DNA of 40,557 nt from an uncultured Dehalococcoidales bacterium. GTDB taxonomy: Bacteria; Chloroflexota; Dehalococcoidia; Dehalococcoidales; BS750m-G39. The stretch's first letter is position 1. The number at the start of each line of letters is the position of its first letter. Shown here piece after piece: positions 17,208 through 25,195 of this stretch. The translations under genes and the position numbers were made by a program. The notes beneath the pieces are model-generated. The model was not told the DNA's origin, searched no databases, and saw nothing but the letters and a program-made list of their open reading frames with translations. The stretch lies in NCBI GenBank assembly GCA_964419705.1, contig CAYQPY010000001.1, forward strand, positions 1 to 40,557. Reading direction: 5' to 3'.

Positions 17208-18020
17208 TTAGCCCGACTTCAGCCAGGCGCGATATAACTCTTTTTTGGATAGACCCGTCTCTTCGGCCATTTTTGCCACCGCCTCTTTCGCCCCCGCCCC
17301 ACTCCGCCGCATCTTTTGCAATCGTTTTTCGATGGCTTCGGTCAGCTGCGGCTTTTCTGCCTCTTTCTGCCCCGCGATAACCAGGGTAAACTCCCCCCTG
17401 GGCTCGGCGAAGTGCTCTTTTGCCCCGCTTACTGTGCCCCGAAAGACCTCCTCGTGGAGCTTGGTCAGCTCGCGGCAGACGGCGATTTCCCTGTCCCCCA
17501 GGACCTCAAGTATATCATCTAGCGCCGCCGTTAAACGGTGCGGCGTTTCAAAGACAACGATAGTTGCCGAGTCATTGGCAATCGGTTTGAGCAGCTTTTT
17601 ACGGGTGCTCACCTTGTGGGGCAGAAAGCCCAGGTAGCGAAAATCCCCCGTATCCAGCCCCGATACCGCCAGCGCCGTAATCACCACCGAGGCACCGGGA
17701 ATGGGTATTATAGGAATACCCCGCCCGCTGGCGGCGACGATAAGCTCGCGCCCCGGGTCGGAAATGCCCGGCATCCCCGCGTCCGAAACCAGCGCCACGT
17801 CCCCCTCGCTTAATTGCTCCAGTATGTAGTCCAGTTTGGTCAGCTTGTTGCGCTCGTGATAGCTGGTGGTCGGAGTCTTGATGTCGTAGCTCACCAGCAG
17901 TTGCTTGGTGCGACGGGTATCTTCAGCAGCGATAAGCTTCACCTCACGCAGAGTCCGCAGGGCACGCAGGGAGATGTCTTCCAGGTTGCCAATCGGGGTC
18001 GCCACAATATAAAGAGGCAT
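17208..18020 (-). CDS. rsmI: 16S rRNA (cytidine1402-2'-O)-methyltransferase RsmI
   Basis: 270 aa. MPLYIVATPIGNLEDISLRALRTL...AEDTR...VSDAGMPGISDPG is a typical tetrapyrrole-methylase-fold RsmI N-terminus. Confidence 0.9.
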   Translation of the reverse strand: MPLYIVATPIGNLEDISLRALRTLREVKLIAAEDTRRTKQLLVSYDIKTPTTSYHERNKLTKLDYILEQLSEGDVALVSDAGMPGISDPGRELIVAASGRGIPIIPIPGASVVITALAVSGLDTGDFRYLGFLPHKVSTRKKLLKPIANDSATIVVFETPHRLTAALDDILEVLGDREIAVCRELTKLHEEVFRGTVSGAKEHFAEPRGEFTLVIAGQKEAEKPQLTEAIEKRLQKMRRSGAGAKEAVAKMAEETGLSKKELYRAWLKSG

Positions 18021-18045
18021 GGTTTTTATCCGCCCGATTTTTGCT

Positions 18046-18074
18046 ATTATAGCGCATAGCTAGGTTCTAGTCCA
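18046..18074 (-). promoter_or_regulatory. Candidate promoter for the rsmI operon (TGGACT-N17-TATAAT, minus strand)
   Basis: Reverse strand: TGGACT (18074-18069), 17 nt spacer, TATAAT (18051-18046). About 25 nt upstream of the rsmI ATG. Confidence 0.45.
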
Positions 18075-18083
18075 CTGGAGACC

Positions 18084-18355
18084 CTTCGCTCCACTCAGGG
18101 TGACAGTGGAAAATGTCATTGCGAGTCCTTCCGCAGAAGGGCGAAGCAATCTCCACCCCACCCCGTTTTATATCTTTTCCCACCCGCCACCCTTTAATGA
18201 AAAGAGGGGGCTTCGCCCCCTCTTAAACTCCCCCAAACAAAATAAGAGGAAAATCCCTCTCTATCTCCCTTTACTAAAGGGAGAAGCACTGTACTGGGTG
18301 GTGGGGAGAGAAGTCTATAGAGGTTACACCTCTATAGGGTAGGTATTGGGTGGGA
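18084..18355. repeat. Mosaic GC-hairpin repeat cluster, copy 3 (modules F, E+, C+, D-variant)
   Basis: ccttcgctccactcagggtgacag 18084-18107. Module E 18114-18153 with inner CCTTC-cgca-GAAGG hairpin. Module C 18177-18226 (AAGAGGGGG-cttc-GCCCCCTCTT). CCCTTT-actaa-AAGGG at 18268-18283. Module D variant 18315-18354 (CTATAGAGGT-tac-ACCTCTATAG). Confidence 0.85.
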
Positions 18356-18386
18356 CGAAAACCTCTTATCTTAAACAAAAAACTCC

Positions 18387-18416
18387 TTGACTTTGCCAAA
18401 CCCCTTTTGCTATAGT
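18387..18416 (+). promoter_or_regulatory. Candidate promoter for guaB3 (TTGACT-N18 incl. TGC-TATAGT)
   Basis: TTGACT 18387-18392 and TGCTATAGT 18408-18416. The track ORF start (18387) coincides with the -35 box, so ATG 18438 is the real start. Confidence 0.5.
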
Positions 18417-18437
18417 TGTGGTTTAAGAAGGTGCGAG

Positions 18438-19583
18438 ATGGCTAAACCCAAATTCAGAGAACTCCGACGCTCATACGGATTCGACGAGGTGGCCATCGTC
18501 CCCGGAGACATAACCGTCAACCCCGACCAGACCGACATCGACCTCGAGATAGAAGGCATCACCTTTTCCATTCCCGTTTTGGCCTCGGCCATGGACGGCG
18601 TCACCGATGTTAAGACGGCGATAACTCTAAGCAAGCTGGGCGGCTTGGGTGTCATCCATCTGGAAGGGGTACAGACCCGCTACGACAACCCCGATGAAGT
18701 ACTGGCCGAAATCGCCCGCGCTCCCGCCGCCAAAATCACCCCCCTCCTCCAGAAGGTCTACTCGGCGCCAATCAAGGAAAACCTCATCGGCGAAAGGGTT
18801 CAGGCGATTAAAAAAGCGGGGGCGGTCTGTGCCGCCTCGGTGACGCCGGCCAACACCAAGCGCTTTGCCCCCTTCATCGCCGAAGCTGGGGCCGATATAC
18901 TGGTGGTGGCTTCCACGGTGACCACCGCCCGCCACACCTCCAAAAGCTACGAAGGGCTCATTTTCACCAAGCTGCGCAAGCTGGTGTCCATACCCGTTAT
19001 CGTCGGCAACTGCGTCAGCTACAGCGCCTGCCTGGAGCTTATGGAAACCGGTATCTCGGCGGTCCTGGTGGGCGTGGGGCCCGGTGCCGCCTGCACCACA
19101 CGGCAGGTGTTGGGCGTCGGTATCCCCCAGATAACGGCCACCATGGACTGTGCCCAGGCACGTGATGATTACCTGCGAAAGTCGGGAAAGTACGTGCCCG
19201 TCATCACCGACGGCGGCTTCCGCAACGGCGGAGACATCTGCAAGGCTATCGCCGCTGGCGCTGACGGCGTTATGCTGGGCTCGGTGCTGGCTCAGGCTAA
19301 AGAAGCGCCGGGACTGGGCTATCACTGGGGCATGGCCAACCCCCACCCCGCCCTGCCCCGCGGGACGAGGATAAAGGTGGGCACGACAGGGACAATAGAG
19401 CAGATTCTCTTCGGACCCGCCTCGGTCACCGACGGCAGCCAGAACCTGATAGGAGCGCTGCGCACGGCATTAGGCGTCTGCGGCGCGCCCAACATCGCGG
19501 AGATGCATAAAGCGGAGATGGTTATCGCCCCGGCCATAACCACCGAGGGCAAGTCCTGGCAGATGGCTCAGGGCGGCCCCTAG
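18438..19583 (+). CDS. guaB3: GuaB3-type IMP dehydrogenase-related protein (no CBS insert)
   Basis: [24 protein letters not shown]..., [56 protein letters not shown] before ATG 18438. Confidence 0.8.
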   Translation: MAKPKFRELRRSYGFDEVAIVPGDITVNPDQTDIDLEIEGITFSIPVLASAMDGVTDVKTAITLSKLGGLGVIHLEGVQTRYDNPDEVLAEIARAPAAKITPLLQKVYSAPIKENLIGERVQAIKKAGAVCAASVTPANTKRFAPFIAEAGADILVVASTVTTARHTSKSYEGLIFTKLRKLVSIPVIVGNCVSYSACLELMETGISAVLVGVGPGAACTTRQVLGVGIPQITATMDCAQARDDYLRKSGKYVPVITDGGFRNGGDICKAIAAGADGVMLGSVLAQAKEAPGLGYHWGMANPHPALPRGTRIKVGTTGTIEQILFGPASVTDGSQNLIGALRTALGVCGAPNIAEMHKAEMVIAPAITTEGKSWQMAQGGP

Positions 19584-20293
19584 TCTTCCTCGTCTTCCTC
19601 GTCTTCCTCGTCGGAAACAGTCCCCACCCCACCACCCATACGCGGCACTAACGGCTCGACTCGGCTCTTAGCCGCTTTCGGGGCAGGCATTGTATCTATC
19701 ATCTGGCGCAGCTTGTCCAATTTGCCCCCCGCCACCACTCCAGCCACGCCGGCTTCGCACAAGGCTTGCAACTCGCTGGAGGTTATATCGGGCGACACCG
19801 TCACCAGCAAGGGTTTGGTCAGGATATTAGCCTCGCGCCGGAAGAGCATGAGGTCCTGCCAGGTCAGCGAGGGCTTGACTTCGGCGATAAGCACCGCGTC
19901 CACGGGCAAGCCGTCGATTGCCTTGAGCAGGCCAGCGTCGAGCGCGGGCTCGACCTCGACTACCTTGCCCAGCTTTTCCTCTTCGAGCACGGCTTTGGAG
20001 ACGCTGGCGGCGGGAAAGACGATAAAGTCGGCGCCCCCCTCCCCCAGCTGCTTGACCCCCGGGCCGCTGACATCTTTAAGCCAGCCCCCCCAGGGGATAG
20101 CTGAAATCTTGGGAGACTTCGCTCCCGTCTTGGGGACGGAAAGCAGTACCGCGTCGGCGCCAGCCGCTTTAGCGCCCGCGGCGATATGCGCCACCAGCAC
20201 CACTTTGGGCTTAGGACTGGCACCCGCCGCCCTAAAGCCCATCGGTTGCCCGCCCGACGCAATTGAATTCAACTTATCGATAAATTTACTCAT
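19580..20293 (-). CDS. Hypothetical beta/alpha-repeat protein with acidic (EED)3 C-terminal tail
   Basis: 237 aa. Recurrent strand-loop-helix signatures (GADAVLL, GADFIVF, VDAVLIA, GVAGVVAG). The tail [11 protein letters not shown] is encoded by a 3x tandem 9-nt repeat (19584-19610). No obvious SD at ATG 20293. Composition is protein-like, whereas the antisense ORF is S/T/P/A-rich shadow. Confidence 0.6.
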   Translation of the reverse strand: MSKFIDKLNSIASGGQPMGFRAAGASPKPKVVLVAHIAAGAKAAGADAVLLSVPKTGAKSPKISAIPWGGWLKDVSGPGVKQLGEGGADFIVFPAASVSKAVLEEEKLGKVVEVEPALDAGLLKAIDGLPVDAVLIAEVKPSLTWQDLMLFRREANILTKPLLVTVSPDITSSELQALCEAGVAGVVAGGKLDKLRQMIDTMPAPKAAKSRVEPLVPRMGGGVGTVSDEEDEEDEED

Positions 20294-20353
20294 ATTTACA
20301 CAAGGGCTTATCGGTATAAATGGAGCCGCTCAAGAGCCTCAAGCCTCCGGGAG

Positions 20354-21040
20354 CTAGTAGCTCATTATCTGGACGCCCGGCGGCAGCTCGAAGAGGCTGT
20401 CGTCGATATCACCAAAGCTTATGTCCGTATAGACGATTTCCATCGTGCCATCGGCGGTGGTGGTCACCGTCTTGACGGGGAAGCCGTGCTCCTTCCATAT
20501 CCAGCTCTTTACCGTCGCCCCGGCGGCGCTGTATTCCACCACCAGGCAGACCTTGCCGTCCATGGTCTCGGTACCGATAATCGTCGGGTCGTAAGAGGGT
20601 ATGTCCTGGACATCTTCGTAATCGGGTGGGTTTACCTGGCCGAGGTCCATCTCCATGGCCATATCCTGGTCGGGCATGTACATGTACGCCTTTCCGGTGT
20701 CATAGTTCGCCAAGTAGATTATGTGCTGCTCCGCCTGCTCCATCTCGGTTTTAAACTTGCTCCCCTCCATCCATACCTGCGTGGTCACCGTTGGCGTCCC
20801 GGGGCCGCTTATCTCCATAGTGTAGCTAACCGAGTCTATGCCCGTCCCCTGCCCCAGGATGTCATCCAAACTATCCCCACCACCATTTCCACCCCCGTTG
20901 CCGTTCCCATTGCCGTTGCCGTCGGCGGGCTGGCTGTCGCCGTTATCGACCACCGCCCCACCATCCCCACCACAGGCGGCCAGTCCCACGCAACCCAACA
21001 CCACCACCAAAACCAGTAATAAAGATACAATCCTTTTCAT
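20354..21040 (-). CDS. Lipoprotein with LolA/RseB-like fold (tentative) and a Gly/Asn linker
   Basis: 228 aa. Signal peptide plus lipobox LAAC (Cys23), GNGNGNGNGGGNGGG linker, then a beta-rich domain ending DSLFELPPGVQI, which resembles LolA-like lipoprotein families. Confidence 0.65.
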   Translation of the reverse strand: MKRIVSLLLVLVVVLGCVGLAACGGDGGAVVDNGDSQPADGNGNGNGNGGGNGGGDSLDDILGQGTGIDSVSYTMEISGPGTPTVTTQVWMEGSKFKTEMEQAEQHIIYLANYDTGKAYMYMPDQDMAMEMDLGQVNPPDYEDVQDIPSYDPTIIGTETMDGKVCLVVEYSAAGATVKSWIWKEHGFPVKTVTTTADGTMEIVYTDISFGDIDDSLFELPPGVQIMSY

Positions 21041-21064
21041 TTCATTTCTCCCTATCTAGTGAGT

Positions 21065-21400
21065 TCAAGCGTTTTTCTCGGCTATTTTGCCCGCGATAAA
21101 CACCTTGTACCGACTACCCTGGTAGGCTCTTATCATCAGCACTATCCAGAGGACAAAAGCCAATGCCCCGAGAATCCAGCTGAACACCCAGCCGACAACC
21201 GGTATCCAGAAAAGGGTGAGGAAAGCCACACTAATGGCACCGAAGACGATTATCGACTGTATGGCGTGAAAACGTATGAACCTGTCGTCCTTCTCCGTGA
21301 ACAGGAATTCCAGCCCGGTTACCCAGAACAGTAAGTAGCACAGCAACCCGGCAACATTAGGCTTCAGGGCTGTGTTGGCTTTGCCCCTCGCTTGACCCAT
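21065..21400 (-). CDS. Small membrane protein, DUF4870-like (paralogue 2)
   Basis: 111 aa. NVAGLLCYLLFWVTG...EKDDRFIRFHAIQSI plus 3 hydrophobic segments. Collinear without gaps with the upstream paralogue; both end IAEKNA. Confidence 0.7.
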   Translation of the reverse strand: MGQARGKANTALKPNVAGLLCYLLFWVTGLEFLFTEKDDRFIRFHAIQSIIVFGAISVAFLTLFWIPVVGWVFSWILGALAFVLWIVLMIRAYQGSRYKVFIAGKIAEKNA

Positions 21401-21413
21401 TGCTCCACCCTTC

Positions 21414-21749
21414 TTAAGCGTTTTTCTCAGCGATGTCGCCCGCTATGGGCATCTTAATCTTCTGGCCCTGGTAAGCCTTAATCATCAGTATTATCCAGAA
21501 GATAAAGGCTGCCACGCCGACAATCCAGCTGATTACCCAGCCGATAAACGGTATGAACATAAAGATAAAGTTAACCACGGTAAGAGCGCCGAAGACAACT
21601 ATTGACTGTATTGCGTGAAAGCGCACGAACTTGTCTTCCTTCTCCAGGAGCAGGAAAATCAAACCGGTTACCCAGCCCAGCACATAGCACAGTAAGCCGG
21701 CGACGTTTGGCTCCAGGCCAGTGCCTGACTTAGCCGTTTTTTTAGCCAT
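21414..21749 (-). CDS. Small membrane protein, DUF4870-like (paralogue 1)
   Basis: 111 aa. NVAGLLCYVLGWVTGLIFLLLEKEDKFVRFHAIQSI. GAGGAGGG SD upstream. Confidence 0.7.
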   Translation of the reverse strand: MAKKTAKSGTGLEPNVAGLLCYVLGWVTGLIFLLLEKEDKFVRFHAIQSIVVFGALTVVNFIFMFIPFIGWVISWIVGVAAFIFWIILMIKAYQGQKIKMPIAGDIAEKNA

Positions 21750-21779
21750 AACTTTAGCCCTCCTCTTTGCTTTGAGCTA

Positions 21780-21808
21780 GATATATCACTATTTCCGCTG
21801 AAAGTCAA
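21780..21808 (-). promoter_or_regulatory. Candidate promoter for the DUF4870-lipoprotein cluster (TTGACT-N17-TATATC, minus strand)
   Basis: Reverse strand: TTGACT (21808-21803), 17 nt spacer ending TGA, then TATATC (21785-21780). Back-to-back with the trp promoter. Confidence 0.35.
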
Positions 21809-21820
21809 TTATTTGCCCAC

Positions 21821-21849
21821 TTGACAAAAAGCGGACAATAGGCTACACT
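21821..21849 (+). promoter_or_regulatory. Promoter of the trp/aro supraoperon (TTGACA-N17-TACACT)
   Basis: Consensus -35 TTGACA at 21821-21826, 17 nt spacer, TACACT at 21844-21849. Immediately upstream of the T-box leader. Confidence 0.55.
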
Positions 21850-21869
21850 CCCCCTAACTAAATATAGGA

Positions 21870-22160
21870 AAGGCTGGGAACGAGATTAGTAGGCCCCCAG
21901 CGAGGCCGCAGAGAGCCGGGATTGGTGAAAACCGGCGCTGGCGCAGGGGTTGAATGGGCTCGGGAGCCGCAAGCCGAAAGTCCTTCTCTAAAGGACGGGT
22001 AGGCTTTGCCGGAGAGGGTACCGTTATTAAAGCCCAGGGTATCGTCCTTCAACCTAAGGGCCGTACCTGAAAAGAGATGACCCTTCGGAGGAAGGGTTAA
22101 TTAGGGTGGCACCGCGAAAGATTAGCCTCTCGCCCCTATCGGGTGAGGGGTTATTTTTTT
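21870..22160 (+). promoter_or_regulatory. T-box leader (tRNA-Trp-sensing transcription attenuator)
   Basis: AG-bulge CAGAGAG 21909-21915. Distal-loop ATTGGTGAAAACC 21921-21933. Specifier region GAA-UGG-G with UGG at 21955-21957. T-box sequence AATTAGGGTGGCACCGCG at 22099-22116. Terminator at 22126-22160. Confidence 0.85.
22126..22160 (+). terminator. T-box attenuator terminator
   Basis: CCTCTCGCCC-ctatc-GGGTGAGGGG (10 bp including two G-U pairs) followed by TTATTTTTTT. Its 5' arm can alternatively pair with the T-box sequence to form the antiterminator. Confidence 0.8.
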
Positions 22161-22170
22161 GGAGAAAAAT

Positions 22171-23598
22171 ATGTACCATCCCGACCTGGAAGAATATAGA
22201 AGGCTTAAAGACCGGGGCCGGCTGGTGCCCGTCTACCGCGAGATAGCGGCGGATGGGGAGACGCCGCTTTCCGCGCTCTCAAAGATAAAGCGCGGCGACT
22301 ACGCCTTTCTCCTGGAAAGCGTCGGGGGGAACAATAATGCCACTGGCTACAGCTTTATCGGCACCGAGCCTTACCGCCTGCTCATCACCCGGGAGAGCGA
22401 TGAGGAAAATCCCCTGCACCTCCTCGCCAAAGAGCTGGCTAAACACAGGCTGGTTGAGATAGAGGGCTTGCCCGATTTCTGCGGCGGCGCTGTGGGCTAC
22501 CTTAGTTATGAGACAATACGCCGTCTGGAAGAGCTGCCTTCGCCCGATTCAGACCCGCTGGCTCTACCCGAATCGCTCTTTATGCTCGTTGACAGCCTAC
22601 TCATCTTCGACCACGGCAAGCAGAGAATCAAAATCGTCAGCCTGGCTCGCCCCGACGGCGATAATGCCTATCGGGCGGCAGTGGCGAAGATAGACGAACT
22701 GGCGGAGAGGCTAAAGGAGCCGTTAAAGCCACCCCACTCCACACCACCCCCCGACCAGCGTTCTAAAGTCGTCTCAAACCTCACCAGAGCCGAATACGAG
22801 GCTAATGTGGCTAAAGCCAGGGAATACATCATCGAGGGCGAGGCCATCCAGATTGTGCTCTCCCAGCGTTTAAGCAAGCGCACCGTTGCCCCACCGCTGG
22901 AGATTTATCGGGCGCTACGGCGCATCAACCCCTCCCCCTACATGTTCTTCCTGGATTTCAAGGGCTTCCAGGTTATCGGCTCGTCCCCGGAGATTTTGGT
23001 CAGAGCCATTAACGGCAAGGTCACCACCCGCCCGCTGGCGGGGACAAGGCCGCGGGGCAAGACGCCGACCGAGGACAAGCGTCTGGAAGAAGAGCTACGC
23101 GCCGACGAAAAGGAGCGCGCCGAGCACATCATGCTCGTCGACCTGGGGCGCAATGACATCGGGCGGGTGAGCCTCCCCGGGACGGTCGAGGTCAGCGAGC
23201 TTATGGACGTGGAACGCTACTCCCACGTTATGCACCTGGTCACCAACGTGGCTGGTAAACTCAGGCCCGACCTCACCCCGATTGATGCCCTGGGCGCCTG
23301 TTTCCCCGCGGGCACGGTATCGGGCGCGCCCAAAATCAGGGCCATGGAGGTCATCGCCGAGCTTGAGCCCGACAAGAGGGGACCCTACGCGGGCTGCGTC
23401 GGCTATTTCAGCTTCTCCGGCGCTATGGACACCGCCATCACCATCAGGACTATTGTGCTCGCCGACGGCACCGCCCACGTCCAGGCGGGCGCGGGCATCG
23501 TCTATGACAGCGTGCCGGCGCGGGAATACGAGGAAACGATGAGCAAGGCTCGCGCTTTACTCAAGGCCATAGAGCAGGCCGAGGCTGCAGAGGAATAA
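22171..23598 (+). CDS. trpE: Anthranilate synthase component I
   Basis: MYHPDLEEY... from ATG 22171 (GGAG SD at 22161-22164; the track TTG at 22159 lies in the terminator U-tract). LLESV, PSPYMFF, AGTRPRG, GAGIVYDS motifs. Confidence 0.93.
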   Translation: MYHPDLEEYRRLKDRGRLVPVYREIAADGETPLSALSKIKRGDYAFLLESVGGNNNATGYSFIGTEPYRLLITRESDEENPLHLLAKELAKHRLVEIEGLPDFCGGAVGYLSYETIRRLEELPSPDSDPLALPESLFMLVDSLLIFDHGKQRIKIVSLARPDGDNAYRAAVAKIDELAERLKEPLKPPHSTPPPDQRSKVVSNLTRAEYEANVAKAREYIIEGEAIQIVLSQRLSKRTVAPPLEIYRALRRINPSPYMFFLDFKGFQVIGSSPEILVRAINGKVTTRPLAGTRPRGKTPTEDKRLEEELRADEKERAEHIMLVDLGRNDIGRVSLPGTVEVSELMDVERYSHVMHLVTNVAGKLRPDLTPIDALGACFPAGTVSGAPKIRAMEVIAELEPDKRGPYAGCVGYFSFSGAMDTAITIRTIVLADGTAHVQAGAGIVYDSVPAREYEETMSKARALLKAIEQAEAAEE

Positions 23599-23599
23599 G

Positions 23600-24172
23600 A
23601 TGCTGTTAATCATTGACAACTACGATAGCTTTACCTACAACCTCTTCCAGTACCTGAGCGAGCTGGGGGAAGAGGTAGAGGTTGCGCGCAACGATAAAAT
23701 AACCTTAGAGGAGATTGAGAAGATGAAGCCGGAGCGCATTGTCATCTCCCCCGGCCCCTCCACCCCCCTCAATGCCGGCATCTCCAACGAGGTCATAAGG
23801 CACTTCGGAGAAAAGCTGCCCATACTCGGCGTTTGCCTGGGGCACCAGTGCGTCGGCCACAGCTACGGGGGCGTCTTTGGCCCGGCCAAGACGATTATGC
23901 ACGGCAAGTCCTCGCTGATTTATCACAGCGATTCCGGCGTCTTCAGCGGGCTGCCCAACCCCTTCCCCGCCATCCGCTACCATTCTTTGATGGTCGCCCG
24001 CGATAGCCTCCCCGACTGTTTGGAGGTAACCGCCTGGACGGAGGACGGGACGATTATGGGCATGCGCCACCGCCAGTTTCAGGTCGAAGGCGTCCAGTTC
24101 CACCCCGAGTCCTTCATGACCCACAACGGCAAGGATATATTGGGCAATTTTTTGAGGGGAGGCAGGGCATGA
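23600..24172 (+). CDS. trpG: Anthranilate synthase component II (glutamine amidotransferase)
   Basis: 190 aa. IDNYDSFTYNL, catalytic GVCLGHQ, FHPES. Confidence 0.93.
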   Translation: MLLIIDNYDSFTYNLFQYLSELGEEVEVARNDKITLEEIEKMKPERIVISPGPSTPLNAGISNEVIRHFGEKLPILGVCLGHQCVGHSYGGVFGPAKTIMHGKSSLIYHSDSGVFSGLPNPFPAIRYHSLMVARDSLPDCLEVTAWTEDGTIMGMRHRQFQVEGVQFHPESFMTHNGKDILGNFLRGGRA

Positions 24173-25191
24173 TTAAAGAAGCCATCGCTTTATTAATAGA
24201 AGGCAAGTCGCTGACTATGGAGCAGGCCGCCGAGGTCATGGAGGAAATAACCGCCGGCAACGTTAGCCCCACCCAGTTCGGCGCCTTCGTCACCGCTTTG
24301 CGCATCAAGGGGGAGAGCGCCGACGAGATTGCCGGCCTGGCCAGCGTCATGCGGGCTAAATCGATTCGGGTGGAGACCAATGAGTCAGTCATCGACATCG
24401 TCGGCACCGGGGGCGATAACTCCAAAAGCTTTAACATCTCCACCGCCGCCGCCTTTGTCGCCGCCGGCGCCGGGCTCAAGGTAGCCAAGCACAACAACCG
24501 CGCCATGACCAGCCAGTGCGGCAGCGCCGACGTCCTGGAGGCGCTGGGCATGAAGATTGAGCTTAACGCCAATCAGGTGAAGGACTGCATCGAAAGGGTC
24601 GGCATCGGCTTCATGTTCGCCCCCATGTTCCACCCCTCGATGAAGTTCGCCGCCGTCCCCCGCCGCGAGCTGGGCGTGCGCACCGTCTTCAATATTCTCG
24701 GCCCCCTGACCAACCCGGCGCTAGCGGAGGCGCAGGTGTTGGGCATCCCCAGCGCGAACTTAGGCGAAAAGATGGTTCGGGTGCTCAAGCGCCTGGGCAC
24801 GAAGCGGGCGCTGGTCGTCCACGGCTTAAACGGTATGGACGAAATCACGGTGGCGGGAAAGTCCCGCGTCTGGGAATTAAGCGACGGCGAGATAACCGAA
24901 TACGATATTTCCCCTGACGACTTCGGCATAGCCGAGGCGGCAGTGGAGACACTGGTGGGCGGGACATCAGAGGAGAACGCGTCCATAATGCGCTCGGTGC
25001 TGGAGGGCGAAAAAGGGCCGAGGAGAGATGCCGTGGTGATGAACGCCGCCGCCGGCATCGCCCTCAGCCATAATAATCAAGGCGTCCCCGCCCTGAAAGA
25101 GACCGCCCGGATTGCCGTAGAAACCATAGACAGCGGCCAGGCCATGGAAAAACTGGAAAAACTCATTAGCTTAAACCGGAGCTACGGATAA
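24169..25191 (+). CDS. trpD: Anthranilate phosphoribosyltransferase
   Basis: 340 aa. DIVGTGGD, AKHNNRA, NILGPLTNP. ATGA overlap with trpG. Confidence 0.93.
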   Translation: MIKEAIALLIEGKSLTMEQAAEVMEEITAGNVSPTQFGAFVTALRIKGESADEIAGLASVMRAKSIRVETNESVIDIVGTGGDNSKSFNISTAAAFVAAGAGLKVAKHNNRAMTSQCGSADVLEALGMKIELNANQVKDCIERVGIGFMFAPMFHPSMKFAAVPRRELGVRTVFNILGPLTNPALAEAQVLGIPSANLGEKMVRVLKRLGTKRALVVHGLNGMDEITVAGKSRVWELSDGEITEYDISPDDFGIAEAAVETLVGGTSEENASIMRSVLEGEKGPRRDAVVMNAAAGIALSHNNQGVPALKETARIAVETIDSGQAMEKLEKLISLNRSYG

Positions 25192-25195
25192 GAAG

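Noticed and set aside
20870-20930. GGC/AAC-rich short tandem repeats (Gly-Asn run), considered as a VNTR or contingency locus
   Set aside because: The repeat is imperfect and in-frame, and it encodes a typical flexible linker after a lipoprotein signal peptide. Nothing suggests phase variation.
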